From contig CATNEN010000034.1 in the NCBI GenBank assembly GCA_950097015.1, positions 4,898,001 to 4,962,000 of the forward strand: 64,000 bases of DNA, given 5' to 3'. The notes under the pieces were generated by a model that was not told where the DNA came from, did not search any database, and worked only from the letters and a program-made list of their open reading frames with translations. Below, in pieces: positions 1 through 11,458 of the stretch; position 1 is the first letter of the stretch; every line of letters starts with the position of its first letter. Source of the stretch: Macrostomum hystrix. Its lineage: Eukaryota > Animalia > Platyhelminthes. The position numbers were made by a program, and so were the translations under genes.

Positions 1-718
1 TCATTTCCTGTCTATTCCTTTCCTGTCTGTTCATTTCCTGTCTGTTCATTTCCTGTCTATTCCTTTCCCGTATTTTCCTTTCCTGTCTGTTCATTTCCTG
101 TCTATTCCTTTCCTGTCTGTTCCTTTCCTGTCTGTTCCTTTCCTGTCTGTTCCTTTCCTGTCTGTTCCTTTCCTGTCTGTTCCTTTCCTGTCTGTTTCTT
201 TCCTGTCTGTTCCTTTCCTGTCTGTTCATTTCCTGTCTGTTCCTTTCCTGTCTGTTCCTTTCCTGTCTGTTCCTTTCCTGTCTGTTCCTTTCCTGTCTGT
301 TCCTTTCCTGTCTATTCCTTTCCTGTCTGTTCCTTTCCTGTCTGTTCCTTTCCTGTCTGTTCCTTTCCTGTCTGTTTCTTTCCTGTCTGTTCATTTCCTG
401 TCTGTTCCTTTCCTGTCTATTCCTTTCCTGTCTGTTCCTTTCCTGTCTATTCCTTTCCTGTCTGTTCCTTTCCTGTCTCTTCATTTCCTGTCTTTTACTT
501 TCCTGTCTATTCCTTTCCTGTCTATTCCTTTCCTGTCTGTTCATTTCCTGTCTATTCCTTTCCTGTCTGTTCATTTCCTGTCTATTCCTTTCCTGTCTGT
601 TCATTTCCTGTCTGTTCATTTCCTGTCTATTCCTTTCCCGTATTTTCCTTTCCTGTCTGTTCCTTTCCTGTCTGTTCCTTTCCTGTCTGTTCCTTTCCTG
701 TCTGTTCCTTTCCTGTCT
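1..718. repeat. 15-bp minisatellite (TCCTTTCCTGTCTGT)n, runs off the window start
   Basis: Direct tandem periodicity of 15 nt with point variants. Confidence 0.97.
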
Positions 719-775
719 CCTTTCCTTTCCTTTCCTTGCTCATCTTAGTTTTGACTTCAATATATCTTATGCAGC

Positions 776-1829
776 CTACTGTAAGTAGACACCGAAGTTT
801 TTGTCGGCTTCTCTCACAAGGTATGTGGGGGCCGGATAGTAGCTGCAGGACCGAACTCCGCCGGCGAAACGCATTTGAATCCCATTGTCCAGCTGATTGT
901 TGTTAACTGCGTTGAGAAATTTGCCGGTACTATACAGAGAATTTACTACAAAGACAAAGCAAAGACTGAATGGCTGAACGAGTGTATCTAAAAATCCATT
1001 ACAAATACTTTTTGAAAGGCTAGGCTATGCGATTGGTTGTAAGAATATTCGTTCGAATTACAAAGACTACTTAAGGTACTGACTGGGCGAGTGTTACTAA
1101 GACTCCATTGCAAAGGCTTCTTTGTGGACTGGCACTCTGCGAAAGAGACTAACTCAATAAAAAATAATTGCAGGAGGGCTGCGGGCAATGGCACATCATT
1201 TGGTGACACTAAACCCGCAGCCAGCGAGGAGGCAATTCTGCCCATTTCGCTGACTCCTGAGCACACACGCACACTGATACTGTACGCAGGCACATGCTCA
1301 CACGTCAGGTCTCACTTTCACACTTTCTCATCGTCAGGCAGTGTACATTTCACTGTGCCTTGGAGGTTGGCCCTCACAGGCCTAATTCGCACGACAAGCC
1401 CCCAAGCCTTCTCTCCGCGGCTGCGCCCCAAATAAATGTGGCCTCGGCGCGAAGTCGAGCTTAGGGACCTTGGTGCGAGAGGCAAACGCGTTAACCGCTC
1501 CGCCAACGACCCCCAGGAGACCAACTCACACTGGCACTGAGTTCCAGAGTAGCCGCTTGAGCAGCTACAAACGCAGCCGCTGCTACCAGACGAAGCGTCA
1601 GTGCCGTGAATGCACGGCGTGCGGGCAGCGTTGCACACGGACGCCGTGCAGGCTGAAATATTTGAAGTATTTAAATTAAACTTGCTGTCTATGTATTAAC
1701 TGTCAATCATTTATTTTTAAAGCACAGTCCATGGTGCGGGCCGGCACTTACAGGCATTGTTGTTGCACTGGCACACGATATCCTCAACGTAAGACACGTA
1801 CTGACACTCGTTACAGCTGGGCTGGCACA
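776..1829 (-). CDS. Partial Cys-rich/EGF-like protein gene (3' exons only; 5' end not found)
   Basis: Exons 1829-1752 (CQPSCNECQYVSYVEDIVCQCNNNA; donor GTAAGT) and 1652-1530 (CTASVCNAARTPCIHG...CVCSCSSGYSGTQCQ; donor GTGAGT) are both phase 1-1 with an EGF-type CxC-x8-C ending. Probable next exon 945-776 (acceptor TTTTGTCTTTGTAG, phase 1, open for 55 codons to TAG). Confidence 0.6.
1157..1514 (-). mobile_element. tRNA-derived SINE family A, full-length copy
   Basis: Colinear with 6839-7206. Has an A-box-like TGGCGGAGCGG head and AT-rich tail. Flanked by a 12-bp TSD GAGAC(T/C)AACTCA at 1145-1156 and 1517-1528. Confidence 0.85.
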
Positions 1830-2608
1830 CTGTTGATGCACGGGCGCATTGAAATAATTGTGACGTGAGGCTTTGGAAACATATTCACATGCATGTAAAT
1901 TAGTGACCTAGCACGTGTACAATGCTCATTAGGCACAGATAATATGGTCTGTGTTTCTCTCGCATCCTTTCTCTACTGGTAATGCATGCAGCAACGATGC
2001 AGTTTGAGGCCCGCGTAAGTGAGCCTAGCATTTGATGGGGCGTTTCCCTTTGAAGCATCTCCGGGAGCAGGGATCACATGCTGCTGCGTCCCAGCATAAT
2101 GAGAGGCCTTTAACTTCTGAGCGGATCGCATGACTATTATGCGATGTGCCGCGAACCGTGCACTGAGTCGTTTCACTGCCTAAGGAGGAAAGTCGGATTC
2201 TATTCCACCTGTGACCTATTGCATTTTTAGATTATGTCCGAATCCGCTGCGACGTCGCATTCATTTGAGGCGCAGCCGCGGAGAGAAGGCTTTGGGGGGT
2301 TGCCCAACCTGTCATGTTTACGTCTTCAATGAGCTCTACAATGCCCTAATGCTCTACAAGGAGCATTGTAGACGACTCCGGCGCAGTTTCGGACCGTTCT
2401 AAGACCGTTCTAACGCCGAGACCTGGATGTTGACAGATTAGCTCGAAGAGAAAGTTAAGCGCGCCGCCTTTAAGATCAGCGACGAGCAAATCACTAACAC
2501 GGCACTCTATCGCAGCGCTATAGTGACTGCTGGCGATCAGTGAATCGTTGCATCGTCAGCGACTTCAGCTGGCGCAGGTCAACATCGTCCGTGCCCAGTC
2601 ACACTGCC

Positions 2609-3093
2609 CAGTGGCGTAGCCAAGATTTTTGTCTAGGGCGGGGCGCCTTTGGGGGCGCCACTACCACAGTTGCGCCACTACCACGGGGGCGCCAGTGCCA
2701 CGGGGGCGCCACTACCACGGGGGCGCCAGTGCCACCGGGGCGCCACTACCACGGGGGCGCCAGTGCCACGGGGTCGCCACTACCACGGGGCGGGGGCGCC
2801 ACTACCACGGGGTTGCCACTACCACGGGGGCGCCACTACCACGGGGGCGCCAGTGCCACCGGGGCGCCACTACCACGGGGGCGCCAGTGCCACCGGGGCG
2901 CCACTACCACGGGGCGGGGGCGCCGCTACCACGGGGGGTGCCACTACCACGGGGGCACCAGTGCCATGGGGGCGCCAGTGTCTTGGGGGCATCTTGACAG
3001 CAATCTTGACAGCAATCTTGACAGCACTTTTGACAGCAATCTATTGTCACAAAGTTATATCTGAGTGCCCACAGCCCTCCTGTAACTACTAGT
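2609..3093. mobile_element. Probable MITE (CAGTGGCGTAGCC terminus) filled with a GC-rich GGGGCGCCACTACCAC/GGGGCGCCAGTGCCAC repeat
   Basis: Left end resembles hAT-like MITE termini. The right end is only a degenerate match (GTAACTACTAGTG) and no TSD is seen. Internal tandem array at about 2645-2990 and a 12-bp TCTTGACAGCAA repeat at about 2991-3040. Confidence 0.45.
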
Positions 3094-3899
3094 GTACAAG
3101 TGTATATTTTCTTTGCTGTTTGAAGCGTCTTCGATCTGAGCAATTGTTAGCCATAAAACATAGTCGCTATTGTACAACTTGTACTTGTTTCACTATAGTA
3201 AGCATTGTGGAAATATTATTTGTGCAATTATGAGTAATTTTGGCCGAAATCTGGGTCGCATAACCGACTCTCTAGTTTCCGCGGCGATATCTTTTTAGAC
3301 CGGAAATTGGGCGAGCCCAGTTTCCACTTCGCAGCCAGACATGCGGGCGTTTGGCTCGCAGATGGTCGGACCGGAAATCCGAATTGATTGTCTGCCATCT
3401 CAGTCTTAAAGTCGTGGAGCTCTGGATGTAGAACTTGGACACAACTCTACACAAGCCTCTATACCGAATCGATATTGTTTTAATAATATAATGATATAAT
3501 AATTAAAAATACAAGATAATCAACGATAATGACCTATAATATGGTTACATGATTACATTTTTTGAGCAGAAAATTAACGCCTACATTGGTGGTTTTTGCC
3601 ACAAGATTCCCCGACCATAATCTTTGAATAGCTCGACGATGTGGGTGACTTCTGGATTCTGGAAGTTTTTACAACGGATAGAGCGTAAAATTCTAGGCCG
3701 TGTTCTGTGTATCAATGACGATTGATTGAGTTTTTTTCAAGGAAACAGACAACTGAAAAATGTGGATATTTGCAATACCCGCGTGGTATTTTCTAATGTT
3801 AAAGGAAGCATGTACTCGTATAGCATTGGATTTGTAATTGCAAACAGCGACTATACTAATGGGGTTTGTTAGACACAGTGAACCAAAAAGCATCTGGCA

Positions 3900-4075
3900 A
3901 TGTCCCGCCCATGTTCTGTTCAGTCCATAGACTGGGGGAAAGCCACACCCACCCTCAGCTGATGCTGGCACTCGTTTTACAGCTGAGTAAACTGAAGTAA
4001 TGCAGAGTTAAGTATCTTGTTAAAGCACAAAAATTGTTCGAGTCAAGTCGGGAATCGAACCCCCGACCTTCAAGC
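3900..4075 (-). mobile_element. SINE family B, truncated copy
   Basis: Matches 60342-60646 (TTCAGTCCAT.GACTGG, CCACACCCACC, GGGAATCGAACCCCCGACCTTCAAG). Confidence 0.75.
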
Positions 4076-4996
4076 ACCCCTTAATTAATCGTAGCTCGTA
4101 TGCGGTTGTTAGTCTGCTGAGAACTGAGGCTGAGAAGACCGTAAAGATGTTTCATTCTCGACTGTGTTATTTTATTTTCATCTGCGATGAGTTTTAGAAA
4201 AAAAAGTGGACATTTTTTTCAGGCCTAGTCAGTGCACTGACTATATGTACAAGACTTCTGGGAGCTAAATACTGGGAATGCTTACGGCAATGTAGAAAAG
4301 AAACACAGAAAACTGAATTAAAGGACCTAAGACTTGACATATAACAGTTTCGCAAACGCTACCAAAATGTTGAGTGGCATCAGCAAAAACCTGGGCGGAG
4401 ACAAAAATGTGAAAGGAAAGTACAAAGTACAAGGTACATTGATTGATAACTCAAAAGTCTGCTTTGATTATCCCTTAAACCAGATATCCCCTCTAGCCAG
4501 GCGACTGGCCCTGCTACTATCAGTAGGATGGAAGGACATTTTCCACACACCCATTCTGATAATGTAATACATAAACCCTATATTTGATCATTTCTAAATG
4601 ACAATTTTCGCCTAAGCAACCAACAGCAGAAAGATAGGAATATATATACTCGTAGATTCAGGCTAGACCTATATGTAAAGTGTGCTAGAAAATGATACCC
4701 ATTATCTACACAATTATAGTGGAACAGAAATAGAAGGTACACTTAGGGCGGCCTGTTCAAGTATATAGGTAAAGCATAGAAAATGGAAAAAGGTAAATTA
4801 GAAACAAATAGTTAATATGCATGTATGCGTAAGGTATAAAAGTGGTATGTATGCTGGGCGAGTGCAAAATGTAAATATGCAGCGCCTAGTTCTGACAACC
4901 ATGTGTGTGTATGTCCTACATGTGTGTTCCTGGTGCCAAGGATACATGTACAGGACTTATAGGATCTCTGCAAATCTGACTGGAGAGAAACGTTTA

Positions 4997-7900
4997 TCAT
5001 TCTCTGTGATCCTCAATATCGCCGCCGCTGACGCCGCCGCATGAGGAGGAGGAGGTCGCAGCGGCCGCCGCTGCGGCGGCTGCGGCGGCGACAGCGGCTG
5101 CGGCGGCCTCATGGCCAGCCCAGAGCTGCGACAGCATGGCCACGGGGACTGGCATCCACACGCAGCCGGGTGGCGAGAATGGCGACGAGCCGTTGCCTAG
5201 CGACGCGGGGGCTACGAGACTGTGGGGCGGCGGCGGTGGCGGAGGAGGCGCGTGAGTATGTCGCAGACTGTGCGACGCCGCTGCTGCAGCCGCCGCCGCC
5301 GATGCAACCGCAGTCGAAGTAGTCGTCGTCGGCTCTGGCCGTTTGATCATCTTCTGCAGGCGAATGTGCTCAGCCAGCTTCTTCATGTTGGCGGCGTGCC
5401 TAGACGAATGCAGGTAGGCCGAGCCGCCGCCAGCGCCGCCAGCGCTGCCAGCCATTTCCAGCGTCAGCCACTGGATGTAGTTGCTGGACAAACCGGCAAG
5501 TCCATCGCCCGCACCCTCCGACGGCGAGTTGCAGACTTCAGTAGCCAAAGCCGAAGCCGAAGCAGCAGTTGCAACCGACGGTTCAGTTTTGATGCGCATC
5601 GAAGACTCGGCGGAAGCTGCAGCGGCAGCGGCGGCAGCGGCGGCGGCGGCGGTGACGGCGGTGTTTGTAGGTGACGCCTGCGTCTGCGGCGACTCGTGGC
5701 AGCGGCAGGAGCAGCAGGGCCGCTTAGCTGCCGGGGGGGACCCGGACGATCTGGCCGTCGCGGCGGCCTCCGGAGTCCGGTGTCGCTTCGACATTGGCGG
5801 CGAAGATGATGGCGGGGCGGCGGATGCTGCCGCCATCGCTACTGCTGCCGCAGCCGCAGCAGCATGAGGCAAGCTGAGGTCAAGTCCTTGATGCTGCTGC
5901 TGCTGCTGCTGGTGATGCTGAAGCAGCTGACCGCCTTGCCACAATCTCCTAGCATGGTTCAGCGCGGCCGGCTGCAGCGGTGGAGTGGCAGGCTGGGTCT
6001 GCAATTGTTGCTGTTGCTGTAATAGCAGCAGCGGCTTTGCCTGGATCTCCTCTAGCACCGGTGGCGGTGTGGCCGGCAGGTATTCGTCCGCGGCCTCCAG
6101 CTTAGGACTGACTCCTTCTGACGGCGTGGCGACCGCGCCAACTGCAGCGGCGCCGCTCAGACTGCGCGACGCTTGCAAAGTGCTCTCACTAAGGCCGACA
6201 AAACGATAGACAAACTTCTGGCCCTGCACCTTCTTGATGATGTTTTTCTGATAGTAATAGCGCAGCGCTCTGGACAGCTTGTCATAATTCATGCGGTGGT
6301 TCTTGTTCTTGCGCATGCCCCACAGTCTGGCGACCTCCTCAGCGTGGAGCAGCTGGAATTCGCCCTCCCGGTTAGTCCACTGGATGACGTGCGAGTACTG
6401 CCTGCTCATCAGCAGCTCCAGAAGGAACTGCCACAGCGTCACGTTCACCTCGCCCTGCAGCGGCGGTGAGGGACCGTCGGCGTCTACACCAACGTCGAGG
6501 ACGCCGCCGACGCCGACGCCAATGTTGACGCCACCTGTCCCCTGGGAGTCTTCGCAGAGGCTGCGACTGGCTCGAGCGATCTGTGGGAAAGACAACGCAA
6601 CAATGACCTGTCAGACTATGTGAAGCCGACAGCTCAGCCGCAGCTATTGCACAGCATATCTGAAGGCTGCGTACGACTGTTCAGGACTGGGGGGACGCCA
6701 CACCCACCCTCAATCACCCTAATTAATGCTTGGTACCCAATTTAACAGCTGACTGAACTGAAGCAAGGACACACGATTTGCTGAGCAAACTTTACAATTG
6801 AATTATTATATTTGCTATATATATTATGGCCCCTACAAGGGGGTCAGTGGCAGAGCGGTTAACGCGTTTGCCTATCACACCACGGTCCCGAAGTTCGATT
6901 CCACGGCGAGGCTACATTTATTTGGGGCGCAGCCGCGGAGAGAAGGCTTGGGGGCTTGTCGTGCAATTTACGCCCTTGAGGGCCAACCTCCAAGGCACAT
7001 TGAGTGTACACTGCCTGAAGATGAGAAAGTCAGGGCAGATGTACACACCTGTGTGAGCGTGTGCCTGCGTACAGTATCTGTGTGCGTGTGTGCTCAGGAG
7101 TCAGCGAAATGGGCAGAATTGCCTCCTCGCTGGCTGCGGGTCTAGTGTCACCAAATGATGTGCCATTGCCCGCAGCCCTCCTGCAATTATTATTAATTAT
7201 TATTATTGGCCCCTACAAAACTGTTTTTCGAAAATTATTTTAGGAAAAATATTAGATTGGGTTGGGGTAAAAGTGTCAAATTTTTTTGACAGGAAATCAT
7301 TTTTTGACGCTGTCCTATTGTAAAAGTCACTTCCGGTTGTTTTTATTGCACTGGTTAGTTGCACTCTAATTGCAAAGTACCTCGTATCCCTTATTTGCGA
7401 AATATTCGTAACAACTTTAAGGTCGAAATTTATTAACCGCAATTATTTTGTGCAAAAACAAAGACTGCCCCCTTTCTTTGAAATCAAACATTGAGGCGAG
7501 TTTCGTAGGAAGAGTTGCGAAGAACAAAGAGCTGGGCTTGTTATCGGTTTCCACAATCGTTACTAGTGTATGTGTTCTATAGCGCGCACTGCAGTTTGTG
7601 AAAGAAAAAAGACATTGGAATGTGACACTAGTTTCGTTTTGCAATGATTGTATTTGAGGGACCAAAAGTACAATTTTCTAAGCACTCGTAGGATAAATTG
7701 ATTAATCAAAGTAGCCTGTCCGTAAGAATAGACAGCAGAATTTGACAACCAAGACTTGATCAATAAAGTCAGTACTTTAAAAATACACAATGCTTTTTCG
7801 ATAAACCCGATTCGACTTTATTGATAAACCCCATCTGACCTGATTGATAAACACCATCAGAAATGATTGATAAACCGAACAGAACTGATTGATAAACCCC

Positions 7901-8824
7901 ACCAGAACTGATTTATAAACACCATGAGACCTGATTGATAAACACCATCAGAACAGATTGATAAACCCCATCAGACCTGATTGATAAACCCCATCAGACC
8001 TGATTGATAAACCGAACAGAACTGATTGATAAACCCCATCAGACCTGATTGATAAACCCCATCAGACTCGGTCATTAAGCCAAGCAGAATGGACATGAAA
8101 TCACTAGTATTTAACAGTCCGCCATCAGTTTTTGAAGTCCTAGAGAAGCTTTAATCAAGATGCGCGCGTTTATAACAAATCCTAATGTCAGAACGTCAAT
8201 AAATGCCCCGGATTTTACCAGACGGAAATTGGGGATTTTAGATGATTTGCACTAAGTTGGTACAGTACAACTTCACCTCGACACTAATGTAACGCTTGAA
8301 TTTGGCATATATGACTGTCCACTGCATGATATGCAATTATATTATAGTTAAGTTCAATTCTATATTTCGCATTCTCTTCTCTTTTACCCAGCGAATATTA
8401 TTATAGACAGACAGCAGACAGTGTTTTTCCTGTTCTAGAAAGTTTGTTTATCTAAGTTCGTTTTGAAAAAATGTTATACTTTCGATATTTCGATTAACTT
8501 CGCACTTCCGCTAAGACCGTATTTACCACTGGATATTGACTTGACTTGTACTCTCTGAGATACTAAACATTTGAGTACGAGTAATTATAAAACAGTCAGG
8601 CTCACCCATGCACTCGCCTCCTCGCTTCCGATCTCGTCAGCTGAACCAAAGTCGCCATCCTCCGATGATAGGTCGGCATCTGCCGCATTGTTGTTGTTGT
8701 TGCCGCTGCTGTGGCGACTGCTTAAACTGTGACCGCTGTGATTATTGCTGTGACGATGCAAGCTAAGCTGCTCATCGCTAGCTGTTGCTGCTTCTGCTGC
8801 TGTTGCTGCAGACTCTGCCTCCAT
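4997..8824 (-). CDS. ETS-domain transcription factor, ELK/TCF (LIN-1-like) subfamily; 2 coding exons (8824-8606, 6580-4997), about 600 aa
   Basis: ETS domain [11 protein letters not shown]...WTNREGEF...[13 protein letters not shown]...[32 protein letters not shown] is ELK-type. Phase-0 donor TGG|GTGAGC (8605) joins phase-0 acceptor TTGTCTTTCCCACAG|ATC (6581). Poly-Q and poly-A tracts downstream. Confidence 0.92.
6607..6790 (-). mobile_element. SINE family B, 5'-truncated/deleted copy
   Basis: CCGACAGC.CAGCCGCAGCTATTGC, ATCTGAAGGCTGCGTAC and GGTACC..TTTAACAGCTG match the copy at 60342-60646. Confidence 0.8.
6839..7206 (+). mobile_element. tRNA-derived SINE family A, full-length copy
   Basis: A box TGGCAGAGCGG, B box GTTCGATTCC, (TTA)n tail, and a perfect 12-bp TSD TGGCCCCTACAA at 6827-6838 and 7207-7218. 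Confidence 0.9.
7797..8062. repeat. Degenerate ~23-bp minisatellite (GATAAACCCCATCAGACCTGATT)n
   Basis: Visible tandem periodicity. Confidence 0.9.
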
Positions 8825-9059
8825 TCGTCGCTTTGTGGCGAAGCAATTTATCGATTATTTGAGACTGTTTTATTTGAAAGCTAAAAACAGGTAGGGCGCT
8901 CGCTATTTAGAGTCCACTCCCTGCTCAAAACTATGAGAGGACTCTGCAGTCGGCCTCCTTCCAGCTGCACTGGGCTCTATTCTCTTCTCTTCTGCTGCTC
9001 TGCCGGGGTCTCTCTGGCTCCGGCTCTGGTAAACAGGGCTACGGTTAAATGAAGACCCG

Positions 9060-9890
9060 AAAATGGAACAGGAAGTGGCAGGGTTTTAAGGAGCAGGAAG
9101 TTGGAGCGGACGGGCCAATCCAGTTGGGCTTCGATTTCCTGCAGGGCTCGGAGCGGAGCGGAAGCCAGCGAATCCGCCGAGCCTTATTAAACAGCGGAAG
9201 TCGATAGGATTCATTTCCGCTCTAGGCTAGGACACCCCACCCATAATCAAGGCAGGCAGGAAGTCAGGCCCGAGCTGGGGTGGGCGGAGGCGCGGGGGGG
9301 TTGGGTGAATAGCGAGGACCTCGGCTTGGCTTTGGGTAAAGGCAAGTAGTGTTGAGGCAGGAAGAACCCGGAGCACATGAGCCATACGCTTCCTGCTGTA
9401 CGCGTCCGTGTGTGTGTGTACCCCCCCTCTCTCTCCCGATGTCTTTCCTTTTTACCCTCTATATGCTCTCGTCTATTCCTTCTCCGATAAGTCTCTCTCC
9501 CTGAGGGGGTGGCTGCGGTCAACCCCGCGCCTTTCTTCCGCGCCGCGCGCGAGAGGTCGTCTTTGGGGCGGTCGGGCCAGCCTCGCGGGGTGTCACCTCT
9601 TTCTCCGCCCTGTGTGGCGTGTTGTGCGCTGTGTTCCGGCCTGTGGGGCTAGGGTAAGGGGGAGGGGTAAGGGGGGTGGGGTTGTCGGAGAAAGAAAAAG
9701 TTGGAGGTGGCGGCGGAAGGGTCGCGTGGCTGACGTGTCTGGACTGTGGCAGTGTTTGTGAGTGAGTGTGTGAGTGTTCAGCATGCTTTGCTTGCACTGG
9801 CCTGCCCAGCCACCCCACGCCCGATGGGCGATTCTGTCAGCCAACTAAAATCAGCTAAGCCGCTGCTGCGTAGTGCTTTTTATATAGGGA
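9060..9890 (-). promoter_or_regulatory. Putative promoter/5' region of the ETS gene: TATA box, CCAAT and clustered GGAA (ETS) cores
   Basis: Minus-strand CTATATAAAAAG at 9887-9876 with Inr-like TTAGCT/TTAGTT about 28-40 nt downstream. CCAAT near 9115. At least 7 (A/C)GGAA(G/A) sites in 9068-9365. GC- and CpG-rich. Confidence 0.5.
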
Positions 9891-10904
9891 ACTAAAGGGA
9901 AGGGGAGGCTGCGGATCTATGACGAGTTCCCATCCCATAGTCCGGACAGAGAGGGGACCAGCGGAGGGGGGTAGGATGTGGCTGAGGCTCTCGGAGGAAG
10001 CTGGGGAGGGGGGAACAGGAAGATGAGGGCGGATGGAAGGAAGGAAACCGCGAGAGTAGGACGGGTAAGCTTTAAAAAAAGGAACCTGGGATTTTCGGGC
10101 CAGTAGTAAGGGGGTTGGGGAGGAGGAAACTGGTTCTAAAAGGGAAGTGGGAAGGTGGAGGGAAGTGGATGAGGAAATGCGTTGCACTGGGCCAACCGGA
10201 TAGCCAACCCCCAGCCTCCGCTGGCTCTATTCCGGATACCTGAGCGGGTCGGAGCTGAGTTTAGGCAATCCTTCTAGCCCTGCCCAGCCCAATAATGCCG
10301 CCGCGAAGAGGATGCCGCGGTGGACCCGATCCGCTTCCTTCCAAATCCTCCTTCCTCATTCACTGCGAGACTGCGGAGCTGCATATAGAGAGGTATAGAA
10401 AGGATTGACTGACACACAGGGGGGGAGGGGAGAAAAATTGTTTCTGGGGCGTCCGCGAACCTGAGGAGAAAAAGTGGCCTTGCTTTGGGGTTTGGGCGGA
10501 TTTGGGAGGAAGGGGGGGGCGCAAAGTGGAAATTCATCGGGCTGCTGACGGGACTTGGGATCGAAATGTCCACCTATTCTGCATTGCTTCCCTACCTTTG
10601 CAGCCAGGCTGCCCCTTCCACCTCCGGGGTGAGAATGTTTGGGAGGCGGGAGAATCGTGTTATGAAGGGAGCGTATAGGGACAATTTTCTTTTCTCATTG
10701 TGAATATCATCGCTTATTGACACTGGTATGTGGCTGAGTGTCATCGTTATCAACAGTTGCTATGAGGACACTCTTCGTCGCATGATCAGTTTCCGATTTC
10801 GAAAGCCAGGTGTTGCTCAAAAGTTAATTCGTAGTACTCGTACCATGAGCTCGTATTATTAATATATACTCGAAGCTTTTTACCACTGGCACAAAACTCC
10901 ACTG

Positions 10905-10975
10905 ATTCCTGAGCACACAGGTACACAGGTGTGTACATGTGGTCTGATTCTTGTGAATACAACAAGCCCCAACAC
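10905..10975 (-). mobile_element. SINE family A internal fragment
   Basis: CTGA.TCCTGAGCACACA, CAGGTGTGTACAT and ACAAGCCCC match family A with deletions. Confidence 0.55.
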
Positions 10976-11458
10976 ATTATTATTAATTATTACTACTCAG
11001 TACTTGTACACCGTCTATATATTGAGGCCTATACCTGCTTTCTGGCAGAAGACAAAGTCTTCCGGCGGCATAGGCCAGACCCTATAATCCTTCTCTACTC
11101 GTGCTCAAGTCATGCTGACTCATGCTCAAAAGCCATCCACCCCTTTCTCACCCGCGCGGAAAGCTGCTCACAGACATTCTACTTCCGTGGCCTTCTTTCA
11201 GTTTCTCTTGGATCCGCGTTTAGGGGAGACTCAAAAACTAAAGGCCACATAGTAGTTTTCTATAGGTGGAGATGAACCTCCGTCTAGGATTCTAATTTGC
11301 TGACAATGCGTTCAACAGACTACTGATCTGAGTAGGCTGCTAGGGAATCTTGAGTTCTGCATTTCCGAATCAGAAAATAAGATAAAGAGATTAAATCGCC
11401 AAAGTTATACTAGTAACTCGTATTTCCACGCACTTGCTAATCAGTGACAGAAACTCAC

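Noticed and set aside
4250-4990. Purine-rich stretch with short protein-like frames downstream of the ETS stop
   Set aside because: Several stops and no diagnostic motif; may be 3' UTR or an old LINE fragment.
9176-9890. SRF CArG box near the ETS gene
   Set aside because: No CC(A/T)6GG match found; near-matches have two or more mismatches.
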